From Takakia lepidozioides (lineage: Eukaryota > Plantae > Bryophyta): DNA of 64,000 nucleotides. Both the position numbers and the translations under genes were made by a program. Below the pieces are notes generated by a model. That model saw only the letters and a program-made list of their open reading frames with translations. It had not been told where the DNA came from and did no database searches. Numbering within the stretch: the stretch's first letter is position 1; each line of letters begins with the position of its first letter. Where the stretch lies: contig CM060731.1 in the NCBI GenBank assembly GCA_030704615.1, forward strand, positions 51,770,001 to 51,834,000, in the 5' to 3' direction. Positions 38,666-51,315 of this stretch are shown here, piece by piece.

Positions 38666-39554
38666 AGGGGGATGCCTCCGCGTGAGCCTGGCCGCGTGAG
38701 CACGTGAGCACAGCCAGGCTCACGCCACGTCAACAGTTCTCGCCACATTGGTTCACGGGTGTCACGGCACGTCAGCAGTCTTTGCCAACGTGGTTGATGC
38801 CACTATGCTCCTTCGCGGCCAATGCAACTATTCTTCTCTAATACTCGTCCTCGTCGAGAGGCGCTAGCATTTCCGCATGGTTGTTCATATGTTTCATTTG
38901 TTGTTCTTGAAACATCGTGTGCTCAATATGTCCATCTCGAGTAGTTGGTCTTTGGTTCGTGATTCTCTGATGATGGGCCTGTTGTTTTCATACGCGTAGA
39001 TTTCCATGTTTTGGAAACCGTACCATAAATGTGGTGTCGCTCTCTCATTGCTTATTTCTTGGTGCTGCAAATCTTGGTTGCCTTGATGACCTCGGGATTT
39101 TTTTGATTCAGAGGGAGCATGGTTGCCGGCACTGCTAACTTCCCTGGAGGTTCGTTGGGGCGGGGGTGATGGGAGCTTGATCGCTGTTGGGCTGGTTGCA
39201 GGGTGGCACATGTGGTGTCTCATTTGGTGTATCTTGCATATGTTGGTCCAAGTCGAGGGGGTACGGCGTGGAGAGCGAACAACTTGACGGTGGCACCTGA
39301 GTAGTGGGCACTGTAGGGGTTGACGTCTCAGCTTCCATTGCTATGACGTGCGGGGGGGGAGGAGGATGATGATCGTAGGTGTTGTGTAGTGGCTTTGCCT
39401 TTGGTCCTGGCCTTGAGTGGTGTGGCAAGTAGTGGTAGTGAAGACATAGGTACTGAATTGAAGAAGGGGAAGTGGCAAAGAAGGAGGCAAGTGCTACTGG
39501 GGGCAGGTTTGTTAGACCAAGGAGAAGAAGCAAAGGCACAATATCGGTGAGAGT

Positions 39555-39950
39555 ACAATGTACCATCTAATAGGTACCGGACTAATAGGAGATCAATAAG
39601 AAAATCATTCAAAGGGCGATTGAATCGTTGCCCATCCAAATGATTTTTGTTTGTTCTCAAACCTTGCCAATATGTTCAACATATCATCTAACAGGTCCCA
39701 GAGTAACATGAGATCAGTCGAAAAGGGCAATCGAATCATTGCCCATCCAAATTATTTTTGTTTGTTTTGAAACTTTGCTTGTGTGTTCAACATACCATCT
39801 CACAGGTCCCCGACGAATATGAGATCAAACGAAATTCATTCATGGGGCGATCGAATAGTTAATCATCCAAATGATTTTTGTTTGCTAGTATGCCCAACAT
39901 ACCATCTAACGGTCCAAGACTAAATATGGGATCAATCGAAATTCAATCAA
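39555..39950. repeat. About four degenerate tandem units of ~110-120 bp
   Basis: Recurrent ACATACCATCTAA.AGGTCC...GAGATCAA...GGCGATCGAAT...CATCCAAATGATTTTTGTTTG. Confidence 0.8.
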
Positions 39951-39964
39951 ACGGTGGAAAATGC

Positions 39965-41460
39965 GAATTGGCGGTTGATTATTTATTTTAAAAATTAACC
40001 GACCGCCAATTTGTAATAGTGTTTTTTGTAATAGTGTGTATTTGTTTTTCCATTTTTTATTAAATTTTAAACAGCAACCGCCATTTTGGCGGTTGCTTAT
40101 TTTCTTAAAAAAAAAACAATTATGGCGGTCGCTTGATTCTTAAAATTAAGACAAAACGACCCCAAAGTTTCAGTTTTTTTTTATTGTTTTACTTTTATTT
40201 TTTCCTGTTTCTGGGTTAAACTTTTACCAGCGACTGCCAATCTGGCGGTCGCTTTGTTTTCTTTTTTAAAAACACAATTAAGCGACCACCAGATTGGCGG
40301 TCGCTTACTTTCTTTCTTTTTTAAAAGAAGACCCCAAAATTTGTAGGTTTTTTTGTTTTTTTTTGTTTTTCTGTATTTGGGTTAAACTTTTACCAGAGAC
40401 CGCCATTCTGGCAGTCGCTTTATTTTCTTTTCTTAAGGAACTATTAAGCGACCACCTGATTGGCGGTCGCTTAATTTCTTAAAATAAATTAAACCCACCG
40501 CCAATTTTGCAGTAGTTTTCTTTATTGTTTTTTGGGTTAAATTTTAAACAGCGACGGCCATTTTGGCGGTCACTTTATTTTCTTTATGTTTAAAAATAGT
40601 AAACGACTGCCAGATTGGCGGTCGCTTACACATTTAAAATTAAAACAAAACCACCACAGATTTTTCAGTTTTTTGTTAAAGTTTTTTTTTAAATAAAAAA
40701 ATAAAAAACTTTTCGGTGAAACTTTAACCAGCGACCGCCAATCTGGCAGTTGCTTTATATATTGCTTTTAAAGAAGTATTAAGCGACCACCAGATTGGCG
40801 GTCGCTTAATTTTTAAAAATAAAAAATAACGACCGCCAATTTTGCAGTAGTTTGTTTTTCTTTTCTTTTGGGTTAAATTTTAAACAGTTACCGCCATTTT
40901 GGCTGTAACTTTATTTTTTCTTATTTAAAAATATTAAGCAACCGCCAGATTGACGCTCACTTAATTCTTAAAGTTAAAACAAAATGACCACAAAATTTTC
41001 GGTTTTTTTCTTTTTTACTTCCGCCCCCCCCTGTTTCTGGGTTAAACTTTAACCAGCGACCGCCAATCTGGCGGTTGCTTTCTCTTCTTTTTTAAAAGAA
41101 ATATTAAGCGACCACCAGATTGGCGGTCCCTTAACTTTTAGCAATGACCACAAATTTGGCAGTCACTTCAATTGTTTAAATACAAAAAACAGTTGGCAGT
41201 CGCTTCAGTTTTAAATAAAACAAAGCAGCGACCGCCAATTTGGCGGTCGTTTTATTTTCATTTTTCAAGAAAATTAAGCGACCACCAATTTCACGGTCGC
41301 TTTATTTTTATTTTTTAAGAAAATGAAGTGACCACCAATTTGGCGGTCGCTTCATTTAAAAAAATCCCAAAAGAAATAAGCAACCGCCAACATTGGCGGT
41401 CGCTTCATTTTTAAAAAAACCAAAAGAAATAAGCAACCGCCAACATTGGCGGTCGCACAT
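39965..41460. repeat. Array of about 20 or more palindromic GCGACCGCCAA-TTGGCGGTCGC units with A/T-tract spacers
   Basis: Core palindrome seen at e.g. 40230, 40282, 40448, 40730, 40783, 41056, 41228, 41433. Confidence 0.88.
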
Positions 41461-41684
41461 TATTAGAAGAATTAAAAAAATTAAACACTGTCCCCTATCC
41501 CCGTGTGTTTTACACGCCTCTCATTATAGGATAATAGCGTCTTCAATGCACCAATGGGCCCCGCCAGTACGGCCATGGGGTGAGCTCATGAACCGACCCC
41601 CTTTCACCGGGTCTAGATTCTGAATTTTTTTTGAAGTCCTAGTTCTTTAACGGTGACGGACCTTCTAGCGGACTGGCTAGACCC

Positions 41685-41900
41685 TCCAAGAGACTGATTC
41701 CTCCACCAGACTAACTCCAACTGGCGAGCGGACTGACCAGCAGATTGGCGATTGGCGAGCGGACTGACCGGCGGACTGGCAATTGGCAAACGGACTCACT
41801 AGCAGACTAGCGATTGGCGAGCAGACTGACTCAGTCCGACGGACTGGCGAGCGGACTCACCATCAAACTGGCGATTGACGAACAGACTCCAACTGGCAAG
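41685..41900. repeat. Short degenerate tandem repeat (GCGGACTG / GCGATTGGCGA units)
   Basis: Repeated ~30-bp units read directly. Confidence 0.7.
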
Positions 41901-42445
41901 TGCCTAACTCCAATCTTCAGACCCTCCTCAAACAAAACATATATTTATAATTAACACACATTATCGCCACAATGTCACCTACCAGGATTTGAACACCAGA
42001 CCTCACATTCATCACAAGTTGCTCTTTACCACCACAGTTTCCGCTGCATTCTACAAACCCTTGAAATAACTAAGTATTTATCTACATATTTCAGATGTTT
42101 TGTGGGCCCAACAGATTCGCTCCCCCCTCTCGCTTCCCCTGCGGGCGCCCCGGGGCGGCTCACCAGAGCAGACTGACCCCGCCGGGTAGGGGCGCCCCAC
42201 CCGTCGCGACCCCCTCTCCCATATGCGGGCCCCGCCGCAACCACACGTGCCGGCATTGAAATCGCTATTATCAAACAATGAGAGGCGTTTTACACTGTGG
42301 CTGCCATGTCAGTAGAAGTAGATCGTAAAAATTAAAAGTAAAAAAAAAATACATGGCACAACGTCCAGTTTGGACGTGACGTGATGTGACGCCGACGTGT
42401 CCGCGCCACGTCACGTCGGGGAATGACAGGTAGGGTTTCTTGTGA

Positions 42446-42520
42446 ATGGTGTACTCGCGGGTGACCACCTCATCCTTGCGGTTCTTGCCTTTCTCCACCA
42501 TCGTGCTTTAACTGTAGCTG
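42446..42520 (-). pseudogene. RPL31: Isolated 5' fragment of a second RPL31 gene
   Basis: [19 protein letters not shown] then abrupt loss of similarity; preceded by a putative acceptor CTACAG at ~42512. Confidence 0.8.
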
Positions 42521-44041
42521 CGGCAGACCGCTGCGTTTTGAGAGGCAAGACAAGAACTTGTGGCCTGCGATATGACCCAACATTTGCTAATATCATCCAT
42601 CGATATCAAACCAGTTCAATCTAGGCCATCTAGATTTTCTTTGTTATTGGTAGTGACAGGTCGAGGCATTAAGGTTCTGGGCTTCAATAGTTTCTCCTGC
42701 AAATTTTGTTGTGTGGTTCCTCCACTTTTACTATAGTCACGGAATTCCACTTGTCTGTCCATCCCACATACATGACGTCGCTAAGGGGAAAAGGAAGAAT
42801 GAAAAGAATTGCGAGGATAGTACAATTGGACATGATAAGCACATTACTTCTTCATTCGTCTTTGGGTGACATGTTAGCCCGTATAATTGATTTTATTATT
42901 AATACCAATTTTCTGGATCTCCCTTGCAGGAAAGGCAGTTGTGGGTCTTCAGGAACCTCCATGGTGTGGGATGATTCCGTATTCGACAGCCCCCTGCCCA
43001 ATTTTTTGCTTCTTGTGTATGTAGAAGAAATGACACTTCGCATGTCCAAGGCTCCATCACCTGTCTGCACGCGGGAGTAGATATCCTAGGTCCGGAGTTA
43101 CGAATTTTTTGGACTTGGATGCAGAGGATGTGGGGATATGTTATGATGAATCCGAGTCAAATTGACCTTCAAAGTTTCTATGTACTCTTTCTTCATCCTC
43201 ATAAAAGTATTTTGACTTGTTGCAACTGTTCATTTGTCCCAAGTACGAACAGAATGACTAATTACAAAGCACACATTCATGGGTTGACATAGCCCCACAT
43301 GATATTGAAAGATAAGAAATCCAACAAAGTTAGAAATTGCTTTCAGGGAAAAAACTACATCAATCCATCGCAGTGTTCGCACTCATTCCCCTTACATTCA
43401 TCCATCCTGCATTCATGAATCCTTTGCATTGTTCGCACTCATCCATGTTATATTCATGCATGCTACATTCATCTATCCAACATTCATCCCTCCTGCATTT
43501 ATCCATCCTACATTCATCTAATCGGTCGGCTGGATGTTAAAGATGTAGTCTGCAATGACTGGAAAAGGTAAATCATTCCGCAGAAATAGGCACCTACCTT
43601 CTGTCCGCGGTTATAGGTCCGTGCCTTTGGAAATGACGTCTTGGTTTGGGACATCTCAACGTGACAAAACAAACAAACAAACAAACAAACAAATCGCCTT
43701 GCTTCATATATTGAATGTGACAAAATGCTCCGTTGTCGGAAGGCCTTCCCCCGTGTTCCACAACGACTCTATCCTGCAACCCGCCCCGACAGACTGAGCG
43801 GCCAGTTTCTGCACCTCACGCAACTTCCCCTTGGCACCAAGGTCAATCCGATTACAGGGCTCCCAGCAGACCCCTACCACATTATGATTCGTTTTGACAC
43901 TGAGGTCAAATTGACGAGGGATCTTGTCCTCACCCGCGTTACCCAAAGATTCATGACATTAAGCTCGGCAATGTTATCTATGCACCTATCTTAGTCTACT
44001 CAAAGCCTGCCACTCAGATCTGGTCTGGTTTCTTGAAAGTA

Positions 44042-44197
44042 GACCGTGCTTAGGGGTTCGATTAAACATTGAATTGTCAAGAAATCACTGAGTTCCATGT
44101 TGTGCTAGTGAACCTTGAGTCGACCGTACTTAGGGGTTCGATTAAGCATTGAATCGTCAAGAAATCACTGAGTTCCTTGTTGTGCTAGTGAACCTTG
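44042..44197. repeat. Two-copy ~80-bp tandem duplication
   Basis: GACCGT.CTTAGGGGTTCGATTAA...AAGAAATCACTGAGTTCC..GTTGTGCTAGTGAACCTTG occurs twice. Confidence 0.85.
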
Positions 44198-45779
44198 GGT
44201 TCCTTGCTGTGTTTTACATTTGTGTTTCGTGTGTACGCTGAGGCGTGTGTGTCACCCTCAACTGATGGAATTCCGCAAAAAACTTACTGGGATCCAACAA
44301 GACCATGTCAATAATAGGTGTGTACACAAATCAAGCCCCGGTTAGTGCTATTGATTCATCAAGAAGAAGGTTGATTCACAATATCGGGAACTGTCGCAAA
44401 CATTGCATGTCACTTGTATCTGGAAATTTGTAACTACCGAGGAGTGTGGTGATGTACAAATGTTTGAAACTGTGATGCATCCACATTGCTATGGATTTTG
44501 CACAATTTCGAGACCTTATCTTGGTCTTATTGCAGATTGACAATGGAGTGTCACTTGTAAAAGCTCTTGGTATGCACGATGTGTGGTTGGAGGAGTCACA
44601 ATGTGATGAGCAGACAAGCGGTGGCAACGTGGTCAACCGTTAGACTGGGATTGTAAGGTGATGTTTGAGTCTGAGTGCAAGTGGAAATACATTCAGAAGC
44701 CTCCATACTTGAACAGGTTTGAGACTGATGCATTTGGTATCTGCTCTGATGCCACCTTTAGCTACTCTCAAAGTTCTACAATTAAAAGTATTGTAAGATA
44801 TCCACTGGTAAAGACGTCTGAGAGGAAATTCTTGTTTCTTGAATTTTGTAGTTGATCTGGTGTCGGCCGAAGTTAGGTTGTCCCTAGGTTTTGCCTTGTG
44901 TAGTGTTGGGTGAGTAACTAAGTTGACCATTTCCAGTATGTGGCTCTACTGTACGTGATACTATACTAGCTTTCCAACAATTGCAAATGTTGTTTTTATG
45001 TGATTGAGTTTAAGAAAAAGTTTTTCATTGTGGCGCTCTCAGGGTCATGCACGAACAGTGAGGCAGGCTTCAAATGGAAAAATAGAGATACAACTCCATA
45101 GTGAAGAATATGAGGAGGCTGAAACTCATGTTGAGTGTAATAAATGTGTTTGTAGGCTAGTCAAGGTTGTTCTCCTCTCCCTGTTTTTTCTCGTTATTTA
45201 CAGTTTAAGTGCAGGTAATTATGAGAATCATAGTTGGTCATGTGCTTTTGTGGATTGTTCGATGTAAAGGTCTTTGTTCTTCTCTGCAATACTTTAAGGT
45301 TTTATATCACAGTCAAAGATTTGTGCGAGTCAAGCTCATGTTGCTTGTTCAAATGAGAAGTGACTTACATTTTGCAAAGCCTCGATATAGGAAGCAAGAC
45401 TCTGGCTGGCAAAGACAACGAAAGCGTGCAAAGAAAAAGGTCAGGGTTAATACATCTTACCATGTTCTTGATGCCTTGCATGTATTGTCAAATCGCAGGT
45501 GTGGTCCAACCTTGACAACTTTCATGGTTCTAGTCTTTAGTATGCTCTTGTCAGTTCAATCATGATGAGATTTATCAATGTGTTGTGCTCTCTGATAGGG
45601 TGCTAAAGCTGACCTTATATTGAAATTTCTCTGTGGGTTCAAAAGTGCCAAAGAAGACTTGATGCGAGTCCATAAGTCTAGGGTTTGGGCATTACCCAAA
45701 TGGGGCAGCACTAAAAGGCGGAGTGGTGTAGTACATGGAGATTTTTCAGTGCAGCACTTCAACACAATTGCAAAACAAT

Positions 45780-46130
45780 GCAAAGAAAAGCGAGGAGCAT
45801 GGAAAGATGAATCAATGCAAGCCGCTCTCGATGACATTAAGTGTGAGAAAAGGGACATTAGGGAGGCATCACTATTCTATTTGATTCCAACATCTAGCAT
45901 TCGAGCGTGACAAACTGGTAAGGTCAAATCAAGAAAAGGTGGTCCAGCTACTATACTCACTGCTGCAGAGGAGCAAATAATTGTAGATTGGTATGAAACC
46001 CGACAACGTCTTGCTCACTGTGTCTCGTTGAATATTCTCAAGGGAAAAGTCCAAAAAGTATGTGCTGATAGAGAAATGTCATTCCAAGGTGGAATTCCAG
46101 GGAGAAGTTGGTGGCAATGGTTTCAGAAAT
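45780..46130 (+). mobile_element. pogo/Fot1-type transposase remnant, N-terminal HTH_psq and CENP-B-type HTH
   Basis: WKDESMQAAL...IREASLFYLIPTSSIR, then past a stop GPATILTAAEEQIIVDW...GIPGRSWWQWFQK. Confidence 0.8.
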
Positions 46131-46984
46131 ATTTTCAGGCAACGACGCAACGGCGTGAGCCTTGCGCGTGAGCGTACGCTCACACAGGAGTGACGTGGCG
46201 TGAGCGTGCACCAACGTTGACGTGACATGAACGTGATGTTAGTTGGTTGACATGACGACAAATGCTGACGTGGCGTTGCGTCGTCATCTGCCACATCAAC
46301 ATAAACATACGGCGCCTATATCCGAGGAGGGTCCTATGACCGTGGGATTAATCCAGGCAATTGTTGGCTGAATACAATGAAGACTACCATCAAATACCCG
46401 AAATGGGAAATAAGCCTACAACTGTGGCATCCATTCCACAACATTGTGCAATTAGAATTGTAAGTTTCACTATTACAATTACAAGGACGAGAGGCTGCCA
46501 TGGGAAGACCCTGCTCCCTCCCCAAATAACAATGAGAGTTGAGATCACATTCAAAAGAAGCCTGCGGTACATAGCGACACTGCAGGGATACACAGTAGTT
46601 CGAGATGGAAGAGCATATAATAGGAAAATAACACCTTCCCCCAACCCCGGCATGTCCTCTGACAAACGTTCGAGTGGACCGAGCTTACAAGTTTATGACA
46701 ACATGGTTTCCCCTCAAGAACAGGAGCACATGTAGACAGCTTCGAAAGATGCCGTGATGCATATGCTTTTAAAAGTTGCCACTGAGAGCTCACTGAGTAT
46801 AGTTGGAAGCATAATCGAGAGAGAAGGGATGCCATATCATTGCACCGCCCGACGATGTTGCAATTGAATTGAATTGAATTACAATGACAATGTTGCAAGT
46901 GCACATTACACAACATGGTTGTCCACATACCAGATTGCATACTCACAGTCCATATAAACTAGATTTCAGATTTCAGATTCCAGA

Positions 46985-47600
46985 TTATACATTCACCACA
47001 TTCCAGATACACCAAGTGATAGTCTGTGTTGTATCCCGCTGCAATAGAGTATCGACCTCGTTGAAACTCATAGTGGCCTGGTGAATAAAGTTGTCACGCT
47101 TGGGATCACAAACCATCATCTTCAAAAATATGAAATACAAATGTTTGCAGGGTATGAATTTACCTCTTTTGCCCAAACTAGTTCAAAACATACCAACAAA
47201 ATCCTGACAGGTGCAATTGTGGAAATTGGAAATAATGATGTCGTACGCCCTGTCCTGCAGAGTAGATGTGGACGTGATCATTGTGTACACCCGACCATAC
47301 CCCGGATCGGGCACTTCCGTGGTACTTGCAACACGAGCTTGAAGCATTCTTGCGGACTCCACCTTGCTGAAATGTTCTGCAGTTGGAGGAAGCTGAACCA
47401 GCTTTCCATCCCGTTTTGTTGGCCACGAATGAGCATTTGCGGGAGGGACCCGAGAATTCGCGGAACTGGAAGCGCCACAACGCACATGGGGTTGCTTTGC
47501 AAGGGAGAAGCCGGCCTCCTCCAGCATTGCAATCTGTGTACAGATGGATTCTCATATGCCCATTCTTGAATTTCATTGCGATGATCATTGGCGATCATCG
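46985..47600 (-). pseudogene. SWIM zinc-finger ORF remnant, probably transposon-derived
   Basis: YDIIISNFHNCTCQDF, in-frame stop, then KFIPCKHLYFIF (CxC...CKH). Confidence 0.7.
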
Positions 47601-47644
47601 TATTTTCCTGTTGCCTGCAGTGACCATTTCCAACAGACAAAGCC

Positions 47645-48600
47645 TTTCCCCGGCAACGAAGTCAGTTTTTTTTTTTTTTTTTTCTCCAGTCAGTCTTATC
47701 CCTGCAAAGAAGTGATGATCGGCACCGATCATTACTTCCAGTGCTTCAAGATTTTGCAGACCAGCAACGAGGTCAGTTTTTTATTTTATTTTATTTATCG
47801 CAGTCAGTCTTATTCCTATGAAAAAGTGATGATCGGTACCGATCATCATTCACAGTGCTTCAAGATTTTGCAGACGGGCAACAAGGTCAGTTTGTTTTTT
47901 TTAATAAAATTTTTAAATTTTTTTTACCAATTAGTCTGCGAAAAAGTGATGATCGGCACCGATCATCACTTACAGTGCTTCAAGATTTTGCAGACCGGCA
48001 ACGAGGTTTTTTTTTTTTTTTTACCAGTCAGTCTTATTCCTGCGAAGAGTGATGATCGGCACCGATCATCACTTACAATGCTTCAAGATTTTGCAGACCG
48101 GCAACAAAGTTAGTTTTTTTATTTTCTTATTTTTTTCCCAGTTAGTCTTATTCCTGCAAAGAAGTGATGATCGGCACCGATCATCACTTACAGTGCTTCA
48201 AGATTTTGCAGAGTATTTTTCATTTCGGCCAGAAATGCGGTTCACATTGTTTTGCTTTCGTGTTCGAGTCCTGCATCTTTCCCCCATTGCAAAGTTAGTT
48301 GTACATCAAAACATGATCTTAGGGCTGGAAGGAAGTAATGATCGACACCGATCATCACTCAAACTGCTGTGTGCTTTTGCAACGAAATCTTCATTTCGTC
48401 CAGAAATGTGAATTGCATCGTTTTGCTTTCGTATTTCAATCCTATTTTTCCCCGATTGAAACTGAAATCTTCAAGAAAATATGATGATCGGCGGCGATCA
48501 TCACATTTAGACCTTCTTCAGGGTGATACTTGTGAGGTAGTAGAAAGCCCATCAGCAGTCACTCTCTGTAGGGAATGTGATGATCGCCGGCGATCATCAC
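47645..48600. repeat. Tandem ~105-120-bp units, each with the palindrome AGTGATGATCGG-CA-CCGATCATCACT
   Basis: Copies at ~47711, 47825, 47945, 48048, 48163; degenerate copies at ~48334, 48482, 48577; conserved GCTTCAAGATTTTGCAGA and variable T-tract spacers. Confidence 0.9.
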
Positions 48601-49825
48601 ATTCTCATGTTTTGTGAATTGACATGTTGGGAATTGCATTGGGTTTGCAAGTTCGCAGGTACACAAAATATGTGCTCATGGAGGGAAAACACTTGAGCGG
48701 TGTCCGTGATTATCTCGACATGTGGTCGGATCCTGCCAATGACCCAACCGTGTACGCAGCTGGGATTTTGAAGGACTGGAGTCCTGCCCATTTCAGGGAC
48801 TGCGGATGGTACCTGGACAGCCCTCCTGGCTCCAACGCTAGTGCTTGGTACCGTTGGAAAGCCCTCGATGAGGAGGGGTGCACCGGCTTGATCTCATGAT
48901 TTTTGGACCCGCGGTGTGGGAGATATGGAATTTCAAGTACTTTTGGTCTTTGGAAATTCGGGAAAAATAGCAAAGTGGGCTTTCCTGGAGCAATGATTGG
49001 CCCTTCATGGGGGAGATTTGGAATTTCAAGTACGTTTGGTCGCTGGAAATTCGCAAAAACATAGCAAAGTGGATATATCAATATATGAAGCCTCGACAAA
49101 AGATTGGGCATCAACGACGAGGAGCGAGCACGAGGACGAGGAGTCGTGAGGACAAAGAGTGCAACAAAACGAGGAAGGGCTTAGTGCATGTTAGGGCTTA
49201 GTGCATGAGGCGGAGAGAGAAAAACGAATGCAAAGAGATTTGATCCCGCGATGCCACGGCGGGCAGATAGAGTCCTTACATACAAACATCCTAAACCTAT
49301 CCCCCCCAAAACCTAATAGCCCACCTAATAAACCAATAATTAAACGACACGTGTCCCAGGTATTTATTAAGACCCTATTGGTAGTTGTAAAAAATAAATA
49401 AAAAGCTTCTATATTTCACATCCTATATTAATTTAAATTTTGCAACAAGATTTAATGGCACCTTATTTATTTGTAATTTTTTTTAAATAAATTTTATCTA
49501 CCTAGAATATATTGTACCCTATGTTTTTTTGCATGTATCTCCGGAATATTTGGAAGTGGCCTCCCCGAGGGTCGTGATTGCAACTGAGAGAAAAAACGCA
49601 GAAAGATATGTTTTGGTCCATGTATAGCTTACAACACCGATGCAATACACGATTGTAGCAAACAAGCTTCTCTATACATGGAAACGATTTGGTCTTCACC
49701 CCTTCCTACATCACTTGTTCATAGGTCTCCAAAGCCTCAAGCTCACACTTGCTGTGCATGCCTTTGGACAAGACTCTATAGGACTTCGACGAATTAGGCA
49801 AATAATGGCGCTGCTAATGAAGGTA

Positions 49826-50470
49826 CCTTCTTCAACATATTTCACCTTGTTTTCCCCTGCTATCAGAGTCGTCACTAAATTTTAATGTTGAATTCTGCAA
49901 GTTAGCTCGTTGGTGGATCTATGGTAGTTTTGGAGTGATTTTGACATGTTACTGCCAATGTGGTCGACAGGAAAGTATCAATAAATATATAACAGAGACT
50001 CGAGGATAAGCTCTAGGATGAATACGTTCCCGACCTCAGTCAATGGTGGAACAATCGAGGCAAAAGGTGAATGTCTGTTGGAAGCAGACGCAAGTCAGCA
50101 TAGGAACTAGTGTGATAAGTAGGGTTGGGGTGTTTGCTCAAGCAATTCTAGGCTGTCATTGTCAGCTGCTAGCAGCAAGGCGAGGATGTATGCATGATTT
50201 GTGCAGGGGCATGGATAGCTGAAGGAACAGGGATAGATGTGTGGGTCCAGATTCATCCAAGAGGGCCGGATTTCAAGCTCCATATTACCTATGATTCCAT
50301 GTGGAAGGATAGGTACAAGAAACCTGCATGGGTAGATGGTCAACTGGAAGCCGCAGCAGCAGCAGCACAATTGATCAAATCAGGCACTGTTAATCAATGC
50401 ACCTTCTTCAACACATTTCACCCTGTTTTTCCCTCTTATCAAATCGGCCGTAAGTATTGCACTGTTTAAT
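49826..50470 (+). repeat. Inverted copy of a ~550-600-bp module also at ~55490-56010 and ~57075-57660 (upstream/N-terminal segment of the PPR gene)
   Basis: Shared translated string WVQIHPRG.DFKLHITYDS.WKD.YKKP.WVDGQLEAAAAAAQLI; a further fragment at ~53660-53720. Confidence 0.8.
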
Positions 50471-50919
50471 AGGGTCCTTGATTCTAATAGCACCAGAACA
50501 AACTAGTATTACAACAATTCAGCCCATGTGTGGGCTTGCTTATTTTTTGCTTACTGGACCTTTTCAGGCATGGATTTTTGGACCTTGTGGCCTTTGAGGT
50601 GTCCATTGGGACATTGGTCTCATTTGGATTTTTGTAATATAATTTACACGGCATGTATTTCCCTGTACTTGTCTATTTTGAATGTCCTTGTGGTTGCTAG
50701 TATGCAAGAGGGGTCCATTCTGTTTTTATATCAGAATTTCACCATGTAATGAAGAGTTTAAATCATTTAATCTATTTTTATTTTGTATAGCATTATTAAA
50801 TTAAACAATAATACCATTTAAAATTTTCCAAGCTGCTATCCCCTGTTTTCAAAAATAAAATATAAATTTAAGAATTTAAAATTACAAATATAACTATTAA
50901 ATTATTTTCAGAGACATTC

Positions 50920-51315
50920 TTGATGACACGTGGCATAAACCCTGCCATATATGCTAGTCATATATTATGTCTAAGTGCCACATGTCACATCTGAAGTGCA
51001 ACAGGTGTCGTGACGTGTCGCTTGCGCAGTGGTGCATGTGTTCATCTAAAGCCTCTCCATGTAGGCAACGCTCATCAGACAATGTAGTCATATAGTTAGT
51101 CGTATGTAAGTCATAGAGTTGTAACTACATCACTCTCTTATGCATGACTCTAGATGCCACGCACGCAGTCACGGCTATGACTTGCAAAATGCAGTCCTAA
51201 AGACTAGTCGCTATGACAGGGCTTTTTTCACTACAGAGTGATGTAGTCATGAATGCATATAGGACTGAAAAAATAGTCATATGTGCAGTCATAAAAACGC
51301 TCATCTGTTGTAGTG
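50920..51315 (-). mobile_element. CACTA (En/Spm) element end with subterminal GTAGTCAT repeats
   Basis: Reverse complement begins CACTACAACAGATGAGCGTTTTTATGACT at 51315. Inner boundary approximate. Confidence 0.75.

Noticed and set aside
39965-41460. CRISPR-like or REP-like palindrome array
   Set aside because: Irregular spacing, low-complexity related spacers and degenerate repeats; better explained as TE subterminal or satellite DNA.
47645-48600. CRISPR-like look: palindromic repeats with variable spacers
   Set aside because: Spacers are homologous T-tracts, not unique sequences; units are ~110 bp; no cas genes; eukaryotic context.
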